The notes under the pieces: model-generated | The model's input: only the letters and a program-made list of their open reading frames with translations | Databases searched by the model: none | Told to the model about the DNA's origin: nothing | Part shown: positions 8,405 to 16,840 of the stretch, piece after piece | Position numbering within the stretch: the stretch's first letter is position 1 | How the letters are laid out: each line of letters starts with the position of its first letter | NCBI GenBank assembly: GCA_003345555.1 | Contig: PRDJ01000061.1 | Span: 1,387 to 33,386 of the forward strand | Direction of reading: 5' to 3' | Source: Candidatus Thorarchaeota archaeon | GTDB lineage: Archaea; Asgardarchaeota; Thorarchaeia; Thorarchaeales; Thorarchaeaceae | Length of the DNA: 32,000 nucleotides | Program-made: the position numbers and the translations under genes

Positions 8405-9922
8405 GCCCTCACTTTTTCTTTCGTCGGTTGACTGCAGGGATTTTGCGATCAGGTCTGATACTATTTCTAGGAATTCTTTCAGATAGTCAGAGTGTACAAA
8501 CGCACCAGCCGCCATGGGATGACCCCCTCCTTCTGCAACCATCGTTCCATATCTATCATTCAAGGATTTGCTGGCAGACACGAAGACTTCTCTCAGGTTG
8601 ACGCCCCTCTTCACAAGACTGCGGGCGGCGCGGCCAGATATCTTCAGCATAGGACCTTCGCCCGACACCTTGGTACTTACTCCAATCACCGGCTTGTCTG
8701 TAGGAACGATTCTCGACCCCTGAGCCATGCCTATCACTACACCTACAATGGTGTCAGGTGTTTCTGGATCCATGACGAGATACATCCCCGGTCTTTCCTC
8801 AACACCACCTGTCTCAAGACGCCGCAGCGCGCTAGCTAAGTTGGCACGGTGTTGCTGGAGTAGAGTCTGTCCTTCCCGCCAAGCCTCTAAGTCTCCGAAG
8901 CATATTCTGACACCCACCTCAGGTTTCTTGTTCCTTCCGCACGCGTTCAGCAGAGTCGAGAACTCTTTCGCAGTCCTGAGCTCCGTCCTCGGTGGGCGCC
9001 TGACAAGCGTCATCACGTCACCGATGATACCAGTGGCGGCTTTGGGGTTCTCATAACTTTGAAGAATCGAATCAATTAGCTTCTGAATTACCCGTCTCTT
9101 CTCGTCGGGCTTCAAATCGGCCCATGTTCTCCAGATGTCCTCACTGTCCTTCAATGGGATGCCCAACTCATCAAAGAACGCAAAACACCCGTCCCTGTTG
9201 CCGGTGATTCCGGGAAGGTAGGGGTCTGTCGTAAACTCCAACAGGAACGGCAGCGGCCTTGTGCTTATCCCGAAGAATGTGAGGTCCTTGTGCACCTTGA
9301 CGTAGCCATGTTGTTCTGCCAGAGCTATTATCTCCTTGTTCAAACCTGAAAACCCGCGACCATAGTAATCTTGAAGGTCACCCGTTGCGCCCACGACTGC
9401 CAGTTCGCTGAGATCGACGTTCTCAGTTGATATCGCGTATGCAACCAAGAATGCCAAGCCTGCCCCTGAGAGTTCGGAACTCCCGATCATACCATGCTGA
9501 CAAGGGTTCACTTCGATGATGCCTTGCTCGTTCTTCTCGCGCCAAGAATCCGGGTCTTCATCAGATGGAATATGATGGTCTAGAACGATGATGGCCTCGA
9601 TGCCCGGTTGGCCTTGGATGTTCTCTCGCACAAGACTCATCTGACCAGACCCAAAGTCGGTGAATATGACCAAGTCTGGTTGTAACTCTCCCACGAGGGT
9701 CTTAACTTCTAGGACGGTCTCGGAGCTCAGCTGGTGGATGTTTCTCCAAGATGTTTTCTTGCCGAGTCGCTCGAGCGTTGTGACCACTATGGCCAGAGAA
9801 GTTATCCCATCTGCATCTATGTGTGAGATTGCAAGGATCTTTGTGGAATTCCTAACAGCGCTGGCGGCTCTGTTCACTTGGTCTCGCAGTGAATCCGGCT
9901 GTACGAAGCTGAGTCTCTCCAT
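8396..9922 (-). CDS. recJ: Archaeal RecJ-like DHH/DHHA1 nuclease (GAN/Cdc45-related family)
   Basis: SHIDADG, TDFGS, LDHH, GATGDLQ, LLNACGR and DHHA1 GGGHPMAAG motifs are all intact. Confidence 0.92.
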   Translation of the reverse strand: MERLSFVQPDSLRDQVNRAASAVRNSTKILAISHIDADGITSLAIVVTTLERLGKKTSWRNIHQLSSETVLEVKTLVGELQPDLVIFTDFGSGQMSLVRENIQGQPGIEAIIVLDHHIPSDEDPDSWREKNEQGIIEVNPCQHGMIGSSELSGAGLAFLVAYAISTENVDLSELAVVGATGDLQDYYGRGFSGLNKEIIALAEQHGYVKVHKDLTFFGISTRPLPFLLEFTTDPYLPGITGNRDGCFAFFDELGIPLKDSEDIWRTWADLKPDEKRRVIQKLIDSILQSYENPKAATGIIGDVMTLVRRPPRTELRTAKEFSTLLNACGRNKKPEVGVRICFGDLEAWREGQTLLQQHRANLASALRRLETGGVEERPGMYLVMDPETPDTIVGVVIGMAQGSRIVPTDKPVIGVSTKVSGEGPMLKISGRAARSLVKRGVNLREVFVSASKSLNDRYGTMVAEGGGHPMAAGAFVHSDYLKEFLEIVSDLIAKSLQSTDERKSEGRG

Positions 9923-10025
9923 GAACCTACAATCAGCCTCCTGCCCAAGTTATCATTTAAGCTGAGCGCTATGGAATAGCATTCTGGCGAGTATGCTTCG
10001 AGATGGGGCGACACGGTCCGGGAAC

Positions 10026-10544
10026 TCAGCGTGCCTTGGCAATCTCACGCTGCCAGTCTCTAAGATCATCACGCAGCTTCTTCAGGTCATTGGCACTGAT
10101 AGGATCGATGCGATTATAGGTTCTCAGAATCCTAGTCCATCGCTGTATCCTGACTACGAGAGCACCCCCGCTCCCTCCCTGCTCAAGAGTCTCCGCAGCT
10201 TCGTTTATCTTCAGGGCCAAGTCACTAGCAATTGCTCCTTCTCTTATTTGGGAGTCAAGCGTGTCAAGAACGGCCTGAAGAGCTGACGCTGCCGAACGGG
10301 GTTCAGCAGCCGCCGAAGATGGTGCAGACACAGCTCCCGCCGGGGTCCTCCGTGTGCCTTGTAATACCTCTTCGAGTCTCTTGTTGTTAGTAGCGACTGC
10401 ATTAGAGATCTGGGCCACGGTGTCTTGAATTTCCCCAATTCTCGACACTACCTCAATCATGCGATTCAGTGTGTCGGCCAAACGCTCAAGCGACGTGCTA
10501 ATCTCTGCAAGCTTGGCTCGCACGTAGGTGTCATGTTCACTCAT
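10026..10544 (-). CDS. Coiled-coil protein with putative Vps28-like C-terminal four-helix bundle
   Basis: Residues 1-63 heptad coiled coil, 64-84 Ala/Pro/Ser linker, 85-172 four amphipathic helices aligning by eye with the Vps28 CTD (see findings). The CDS is well supported; the fold call is inference. Confidence 0.8.
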   Translation of the reverse strand: MSEHDTYVRAKLAEISTSLERLADTLNRMIEVVSRIGEIQDTVAQISNAVATNNKRLEEVLQGTRRTPAGAVSAPSSAAAEPRSAASALQAVLDTLDSQIREGAIASDLALKINEAAETLEQGGSGGALVVRIQRWTRILRTYNRIDPISANDLKKLRDDLRDWQREIAKAR

Positions 10545-10702
10545 GTACTTCCCTCATATGGCACGGCATAATATGCTATGAACGGGGGCTAGGAGTCTGG
10601 CCAGTCTGATTAAACTTTCTATGCGCTGAGTAGTTTATGATTGAGTTCAAGACAGGGAGCAGGCCACCTAAGGAGCACGCAGCCTAAGGCTCTGCAAAAA
10701 CC

Positions 10703-11140
10703 GTGCTGCAACCTAATGTTATTATAGCTTGCTCGGCGACCGACACCATCGGAAGGCTTGGGATTCCAGCCACAAGGAGGCTGCAACCAACGTACGTAAT
10801 CAGCAGCAAGAAAAGAGAGGAAGTGCCGGTTGCTGTGCCGGGCACAGAGAAGGCCAAGTGTCGTTGGCTCGTGGATCGAAGCAGCGGTGCCAAGACGTAT
10901 GCTTTGCGTTTGTTCGAGATAGAGCCCGGCGGAATTGTGCCGCTACATCAGCATCCTGAAGAGCACGAAATCTTCGTTATCGGCGGCAAGGCCGAAGTCA
11001 TGTCTGTTACGGGCAACACTTCCGCGCGAAAAGATGATGTGATATTCATTCCATCAAACATGATTCACGGAATCGACAATCGGAAGGGAAAGGAGGCCTT
11101 CAAGTTCATCTGTGTCATACCCTTGCTAAGCAAGGAGTAG
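10703..11140 (+). CDS. Cupin-2 domain protein (start codon uncertain)
   Basis: FEIEPGGIVPLHQHPEEHEIFVIGG and DDVIFIPSNMIHG cupin metal motifs. The true start is probably near 10781-10790. Confidence 0.9.
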   Translation: MLQPNVIIACSATDTIGRLGIPATRRLQPTYVISSKKREEVPVAVPGTEKAKCRWLVDRSSGAKTYALRLFEIEPGGIVPLHQHPEEHEIFVIGGKAEVMSVTGNTSARKDDVIFIPSNMIHGIDNRKGKEAFKFICVIPLLSKE

Positions 11141-11199
11141 GCCGAAAGACGCCTCTGTGACTCCAACTCGCCGCATTCATATGGGCAAGCAACGTCTTC

Positions 11200-12036
11200 A
11201 TGGATAACAACCCGAAAGCCGGTGTGACAATGAAGCTCAGGGACAAGCAATTGTGGCTCTTCGATGTTGACAACACGATTGTTGAACAAATCGAACATCC
11301 AACTCCCTTTCAAGACGCACTTGACCTGTGTGATGAACTCGTCAGAAGAGGAAAGACTATCGGCATTCTGACAAACATTGGGCGTTTGTCATCGAGACAG
11401 ATTCAGCGAATCCTGAATAGTGCCGGATTCAAGTTCGAAGCTGTCAACGTCTTCAGCGCCGGAGCTGCAGCAGCGGCGTACGTCCACAACAGGTACCCGG
11501 GCGCCAGATGCTTTGTTATCAGTGAAGGAGGAGCGATTGAAGACTTCATCGCAAGAGGGCTCGACGTGACCAATAACCCCCCGGTCGACTTTGTCGCAGT
11601 CGGCGCTGATAGGGGACTCACGTACGAGCGGCTGAATTTCGCTACAAAGATGGTCAGGGACGGCGCACCACTCGTCTGCATAAGTGGGAGTAGAGACTAC
11701 CCTGGAACGTACTTGGGCAAAGAAGACACATTCATCGGTGAACGCTCAATCGTTGCGGCAATCGAGGACGCGACCGGCACAAAAGCTGTGATTGTCGGCA
11801 AGCCCCTGCCAGAGATATTCGTGGAGTCTGTCAGGTCGCTTGGTTTCAGTATCGCAGAGTCTGTCATGGTTGGGGACAACCCCGCATCGGACGTAGCTGG
11901 AGGCCGGGCAGCCAGCATGACAACCATCCTTGTGAGGAGGGACCCATCGCTCATTCTATCGTACGATTCGCGAGGACTCGACCAGACTCCAGACGTTACT
12001 GTCAATAGTCTTGACGAAGTCATTTCAAAGCTCTAG
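11200..12036 (+). CDS. HAD-superfamily subfamily IIA hydrolase (NagD-like phosphatase)
   Basis: Motif I FDVDNT, motif II LTN, GKP, motif IV VGDNPASDVAGG. Alternative ATG at 11230. Confidence 0.92.
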   Translation: MDNNPKAGVTMKLRDKQLWLFDVDNTIVEQIEHPTPFQDALDLCDELVRRGKTIGILTNIGRLSSRQIQRILNSAGFKFEAVNVFSAGAAAAAYVHNRYPGARCFVISEGGAIEDFIARGLDVTNNPPVDFVAVGADRGLTYERLNFATKMVRDGAPLVCISGSRDYPGTYLGKEDTFIGERSIVAAIEDATGTKAVIVGKPLPEIFVESVRSLGFSIAESVMVGDNPASDVAGGRAASMTTILVRRDPSLILSYDSRGLDQTPDVTVNSLDEVISKL

Positions 12037-12060
12037 GCCGAAAGGTGAGCTTGTTTTGTA
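12028..12060 (+). terminator. Bulged GAAA-tetraloop hairpin followed by a U-rich tract
   Basis: AAGCTC-(TAG bulge)-GCC-GAAA-GGT-GAGCTT then GTTTTGTA, at the end of the HAD gene. Confidence 0.45.
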
Positions 12061-12126
12061 AGTGATAAATGCATAGCAGACAGAGCCCGAAAGACTCAAA
12101 CGTGCTGAACCGGTCAACCTGATTCG

Positions 12127-12840
12127 ATGAGCCCTTATAGCAGACCCTTCACCGGGAAGCTGGCGAATGGGAGCCTCGTGAGTTTCAAGGTTGACTGTAA
12201 GGGGTTGAGCCTTGGGGTCATTCAAATGGTCGACGTCAGAGTCGCGCCATCGCCCCCGGCATTCGAGGACTACGAGCAAGAGGTTTTTGATCGTATCCGC
12301 TCTGAAATGACGCTTGATGGCCTCAAGGATGACCCAGTCTTTCGCTCATTCAGGGAGTTGTATTGGACCTTCGGGATGGATCCCACAAAACTGCGCGTCT
12401 CAAGCGAAGCGCTTCTGAGAAGGATACTCGTGGGTCAGAACCTTTGGCGAGTCAACAGTGTCGTTGATGTCGGCAACCTTGCTTCGGTCGTCCATAAGCT
12501 GCCAATCGGTTTGACAGACCTGTCGAAAATCGTGGGAAAGCTGTCAGTCCGCACGGCCAAGAAGGGTGAATTGTTCCGCAGAATCGGTGGAGAAGCACTT
12601 GAGTGCAGAGGCAGAGAAATCGTTCTTGCTGACGAAGAGAAAATCGTCTGCTTTGGTTATGCAACGCACGACTCTGACATCACAAGGGTCACTGACCACA
12701 GCAACGAAGTCTTGATGCTCATATACGGGTCCGCGCGAACAAGCGAAGATGAAATGAATCGTGCATCAACCACGACCTTGGACATGATTGAGCGGTGGCT
12801 TGACTGCCGCGTCACGGGCCGGCGGCTGTTTCGTTCGTAG
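12127..12840 (+). CDS. Stand-alone B3/B4 domain protein (PheRS-beta editing-domain homologue, COG3382-like)
   Basis: DDPVFRSFRELY..GMDPTK.R.SSEALLRR...RVNSVVDVGNLAS....LPIG..DL, and EIVLADEEK. Confidence 0.88.
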   Translation: MSPYSRPFTGKLANGSLVSFKVDCKGLSLGVIQMVDVRVAPSPPAFEDYEQEVFDRIRSEMTLDGLKDDPVFRSFRELYWTFGMDPTKLRVSSEALLRRILVGQNLWRVNSVVDVGNLASVVHKLPIGLTDLSKIVGKLSVRTAKKGELFRRIGGEALECRGREIVLADEEKIVCFGYATHDSDITRVTDHSNEVLMLIYGSARTSEDEMNRASTTTLDMIERWLDCRVTGRRLFRS

Positions 12841-12897
12841 GTTGTGGTTGGCCGAGACTCTGTATCAGGAACAGTTCGAACCACAACGAAGAGTACT

Positions 12898-14829
12898 TCA
12901 GAATTGCAGGAAAGGTTTCCCCAAGATTACTCGATCTAGTAGGTGACTTATGGTCGCCTTTTCAACGATTTCCTCGAAACGCTTCTTGAGCCTGCCACCG
13001 TCAACATATTCAGGCTCAAGTATCCCAGCGCTCTTGACTACCTCTTGGAGGATGTAATCGAACTCGTAGCTCAGATACTCGGTTGGCTTGCCGGTCTTCT
13101 CGTTCGGTGCAACAACCTTCTTCGCAAGGCCCTGGGAAATTGCAGTCTTGGTTTCCTTCAGGTATGTTGACATTGCCCGCTCATATTCGAAGTTCTTGGC
13201 CTTCACCAGCTCCTTCAGGAATGGTAGACCGAAGGTGGTTCTGGCGACAGCCTCGATTCTAGCTATGAATGCGTTCATTATGTCGTCATACGAAACCGCT
13301 CCAAGCTTGCCGCGAGTTGCGAATATCTTATCTGTCTCCTTGACTGACTTGAGCTTGGCCCTCTTCTCGTCGAGGACTCTCGCCCTCTCCTTCTCTTGCC
13401 GCTTTCGCTCCTCTTCCCGGGCCTTCTCTTCTTCGCGTGCCTTGCGTTCTGCCTCTTTGCGTCTCTCTTCCGCGGAGCGAGCTTTCTCTAATTCCTCGAG
13501 TAGCCGTTGCTGTTCCTTCACCATCGCGGCCATGTGTTTCTGTACGTCCTGCTCTGTGAGTGTCACATGATTCGTCAATAGCCATCGTACGGCCATTTGG
13601 CTAACCTTTGGGGCCATGTCTGCTGACGAGAATATGAAGGAGGCAACTTCCTGACCAGGGAGAGCCTTTATGATTGACTCTGATTCCCTTTCTCCCGCGA
13701 TGGGCTCAAGGATCCTCTCCAAGACCTTTAGTGACTGTTCGCTGCTTATTCGTCCAGTGGCGATTGTATTGAACTGCTCGAATGCCTTGTAGTCGATATC
13801 CTTCGGGCTTTGAGTGGAAATCACACATTCAATACCATATTTCCTTGCCTGGCGGAACAGCAAGAGATAGATCTCCTTCGGGCCGGGCGCCCTCATGCCA
13901 GCCGGGATGAATGGTGCGGCTTCGTCTTGGTATATTACCAGTTTCGGTCTCTCTGTATAGCCCTGCTTCAGCATCCAAGAATATAGTTGATTCAGGACAA
14001 TAGAGATGAAGAAATGCTTCTCTTCTTCGCTCCTTAATGTCTTAAGAAACAGGACGTTGATTGGCGTCTTCCCATTTACCGGCTTGGTCAACTCGTCGAA
14101 ATCTAGTTGGCCCTCCTCCCGGAACAGCAACTGAGATGAGCCTACGGTCAAGCTCCGAAGGGCCGCCGCAAGTTTCTGCCTTTCGCTCACCTTCATGAAT
14201 GGCTCAAGATCGACACCCACAGATTCTTTGTCAGCAACGAGCATGTCAGCGAGCTCGCCAAGGCCCTTGATTTTGACCTTGTTCTGCCACTTGACTCGAA
14301 TGAGCTCGTACACGGCAGCAAAGGACTTGCTCTCCCAAGTGGATGTAAGACCAGCTACTTTCAGAAGAACCTTGACAAGAGTTCTCGCCGAGTTGTCCAG
14401 TAAGCGAATCATGTCATCAGGGTCGGCCTTCTCATCAGGCAGACTCAGGGGATTAATGGAAACGGACAAGCCCTTGCTACTAGCAGGTGTGTAGACTCGC
14501 ACTATGACCTTGTCCAAGTATTGCTTGAGGCGAGAGGAAGGTACTCCCTTTGATTCGAGGACTTTCGGATCGCCGGGCAGCATCAACGATGCAATATCGC
14601 CCTGAGGGTCGAATGCAAGAACTGGGATCCCCTGCATTGCCGCCTCTTCGAGAATGACTTTGCCCAGTACCGTCTTTCCAGAGCCTGTTGACCCGAAGAT
14701 GCCCCCATGACGCCTTAGCAAATCAGTGCTTATCTCAAAACGTTCGTCGGTCTTGTTTCCCTGGGAATCCAGCTTGTAACCCAGCCATAATCCGTCTTTC
14801 GTCATCGAAAGCACCATCTTGAACCGCAT
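12898..14829 (-). CDS. HerA/DUF87-like P-loop ATPase with ER/K-rich helical arm and C-terminal domain
   Basis: Walker A GSTGSGKT, FDPQGD, Walker B IYQDEA, arginine-finger region RQARKYG, sensor STQSP. There is no N-terminal HAS barrel. Confidence 0.88.
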   Translation of the reverse strand: MRFKMVLSMTKDGLWLGYKLDSQGNKTDERFEISTDLLRRHGGIFGSTGSGKTVLGKVILEEAAMQGIPVLAFDPQGDIASLMLPGDPKVLESKGVPSSRLKQYLDKVIVRVYTPASSKGLSVSINPLSLPDEKADPDDMIRLLDNSARTLVKVLLKVAGLTSTWESKSFAAVYELIRVKWQNKVKIKGLGELADMLVADKESVGVDLEPFMKVSERQKLAAALRSLTVGSSQLLFREEGQLDFDELTKPVNGKTPINVLFLKTLRSEEEKHFFISIVLNQLYSWMLKQGYTERPKLVIYQDEAAPFIPAGMRAPGPKEIYLLLFRQARKYGIECVISTQSPKDIDYKAFEQFNTIATGRISSEQSLKVLERILEPIAGERESESIIKALPGQEVASFIFSSADMAPKVSQMAVRWLLTNHVTLTEQDVQKHMAAMVKEQQRLLEELEKARSAEERRKEAERKAREEEKAREEERKRQEKERARVLDEKRAKLKSVKETDKIFATRGKLGAVSYDDIMNAFIARIEAVARTTFGLPFLKELVKAKNFEYERAMSTYLKETKTAISQGLAKKVVAPNEKTGKPTEYLSYEFDYILQEVVKSAGILEPEYVDGGRLKKRFEEIVEKATISHLLDRVILGKPFLQF

Positions 14830-14906
14830 GTCCGGCAGTCACACTTAAGCATGTTCCATTCCTAAGCACCTTGCCTGTTGCCTAACGACTTTGCTAAAAG
14901 AAGTAG

Positions 14907-14932
14907 AGAATGGAAGTGAATTCTTCCATTCT
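14907..14932. promoter_or_regulatory. Perfect 10-bp inverted repeat (AGAATGGAAG-N6-CTTCCATTCT), terminator or operator
   Basis: Read directly; it lies between the 6-TM gene stop and the ATPase start. Confidence 0.5.
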
Positions 14933-14943
14933 TGTCGCTGACA

Positions 14944-15552
14944 CTACTGTGCTACTGGTTCGTATCGCCTTCCAAGGACAATCGCAATCACAATCACAAG
15001 TACTACAGCGAAGATGCCTAGTACTAACGACGCTTGAGCATAGGAACCGAGGTAGAAGTAGGTGTACTCCAGTCCGAACTTGATCGCAGCCATGACGGCT
15101 CCCAGAAAGAGCGACACGAGCATGAATCGAGCCGTCATCTCCTTCACCTTGCCCTTCTCTCCGCCTTTCATGATGGTTTCCCTGAAAATCAGGAAGACGA
15201 ACAGGAACACATAGGCTATCACTATCATCGAACCAACGCCATATATGCTGCTCTGGAATGATATGCCCAGATCCAGGATTCCGTAGATGAGAATCGTGGC
15301 GATTGCCATGAGGAACACAAACATGTTGCTAATCAGTTTGTCATCCGGATGAACAAACCCGGTCACCTCGGTGAAGGTGTTAACGATGCTCATGATGATG
15401 ACAATCACGGAAAGCGCGGCGCCGACCAGCCATGCATAGTTCGGGTATTGAGAGGTGGATGTCTCAGGCAGGTACTTGAAAATCACGGCGAAAGCCAGAA
15501 CTGCCAAACCAATCCCTGAAAGCACATTGCTAACGGTTGTTACTCTGACCAT
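14944..15552 (-). CDS. Hypothetical membrane protein (6 TM, 202 aa)
   Basis: Six hydrophobic helices with short charged loops (TGFVHPDDK, KGGEKGKVKE); GGAG upstream of ATG. Confidence 0.82.
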   Translation of the reverse strand: MVRVTTVSNVLSGIGLAVLAFAVIFKYLPETSTSQYPNYAWLVGAALSVIVIIMSIVNTFTEVTGFVHPDDKLISNMFVFLMAIATILIYGILDLGISFQSSIYGVGSMIVIAYVFLFVFLIFRETIMKGGEKGKVKEMTARFMLVSLFLGAVMAAIKFGLEYTYFYLGSYAQASLVLGIFAVVLVIVIAIVLGRRYEPVAQ

Positions 15553-15604
15553 TCTTGAGTCTCCCCAGCAGGGTTTATCTAATCAACCGTGTGGTGGTTG
15601 CTAA

Positions 15605-16840
15605 TTAACTCTTGCTAGGCCATAGCTGATTGTCGGCTATAGTCTCTCGTGTACGAGGTTCGGACATGAAATATGTGCCGACGATGGCGATGGCTATGAA
15701 CGAAGCTACAAGAATCGCAAGACCAAGAATACCGTACGTGGCGTATGCGAACCCACCACTTGCAGGACCGATTATCATACCCGTGCCAAAGAAGATGCTG
15801 TAAACTCCCATCGTGGTGCCTCGGGCGTCTCGCTCGGAAACATCAGTCAGGTACGCCATTGCTGCAGGCGGAAAGGCTCCAGCAACAAAACCTAGAGCAG
15901 GAAGAATGGGCCATACCGCCCAGAGAGCGGTGATATCTGCAGAATTGGACACCAAGAGGTACGCTAGCATGCCGAACCCGAGGAGCCCAACAATGATGAA
16001 CGGTCGTCGCTTCATGTAGTGATCAGACAAATGGCTCATAGTAATGATACCGATTACAAGGGAACCGCCGAGCATTCCGAACAAGATGAGCAAATCCGTG
16101 GCGGCCAAGGACTTGAATTCCTCTTCGAGGATTCTCTCCGAGTAGCCTATGAAAATGCCGTACATTGATATAATCGGCACATATACGGGCACGAGCTTCT
16201 GTATTCTCTTATCACCGGCCACCTTTCTTATGAGACCAGTAATGCTCATCTCTACGTGAGTATCGGTTCGCGTCTCTTTGATTAGTGCCAGTGCTCCTAA
16301 ACCTGCGAAGGCGGCGGCAAGAGCGGCCGCAACCAAGATGTTGAATGCAGTCCATCCGAACTGCAGTAGAAGAATACCGAGACTGAAGCCTCCTGCAAGA
16401 CCGAAGAGTGTGGACAAGTCATAGTAACCCATCAATCGGGCACGATTGGTCACAGATGACATATCAGCTACCATTGACAGCGTTGTCGAAACCTGAGACG
16501 CTGCACCGAGACCAAACACGGCTGAGAAGAATAGCAGAACAAGCACACTATTGGCAACAGCAAAAAGCAGCGCTGACAATGACGTGATAAAGAGACTGGC
16601 AACGAATATCGGTTTCCGACCGATTTTGTCGCTGTAGGAGCCGAAGAAAGAAACAGATGTCAGCTCCGCAATCGGGTAGACGAGCAGCACTGCTGCTATC
16701 TCTAACGTCTGTAGTCCGCCGCCCATGTACGAAGTGCTTTGAATAACCGCGATGCTAATATAGAATGAGGCGCGCATGATCATGGTCACGCCATACATGG
16801 CCATGATGTTCCAAAAGTGCCCCGACGCTCTGAGTCCCAT
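15605..16840 (-). CDS. Major facilitator superfamily transporter
   Basis: Motif A GSYSDKIGRKP and second-half SDHYMKRRP; about 12 TM; DxSxxxxRA/RG motifs. Confidence 0.93.
   Translation of the reverse strand: MGLRASGHFWNIMAMYGVTMIMRASFYISIAVIQSTSYMGGGLQTLEIAAVLLVYPIAELTSVSFFGSYSDKIGRKPIFVASLFITSLSALLFAVANSVLVLLFFSAVFGLGAASQVSTTLSMVADMSSVTNRARLMGYYDLSTLFGLAGGFSLGILLLQFGWTAFNILVAAALAAAFAGLGALALIKETRTDTHVEMSITGLIRKVAGDKRIQKLVPVYVPIISMYGIFIGYSERILEEEFKSLAATDLLILFGMLGGSLVIGIITMSHLSDHYMKRRPFIIVGLLGFGMLAYLLVSNSADITALWAVWPILPALGFVAGAFPPAAMAYLTDVSERDARGTTMGVYSIFFGTGMIIGPASGGFAYATYGILGLAILVASFIAIAIVGTYFMSEPRTRETIADNQLWPSKS

Noticed and set aside
12127-12840. Calling the B3/4 protein pheT
   Set aside because: Only the B3/4 domain is present; the B5 and catalytic-like domains and pheS are absent.
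12860-12890. GTTCGAACC tRNA-like T-loop
   Set aside because: No cloverleaf; better explained as part of the inverted repeat between convergent genes.
13088-13570. Ser/Arg-rich antisense ORFs over the ATPase
   Set aside because: They mirror the low-complexity E/R/K codons of the real gene.
12898-14829. Calling the ATPase canonical herA
   Set aside because: No HAS barrel and no nurA/mre11/rad50 context; only superfamily membership is supported.
14860-14886. CCTAA half-sites upstream of the ATPase (and near 10667-10690) as extra DtxR boxes
   Set aside because: No matching TTAGG half-site at 4-bp spacing.
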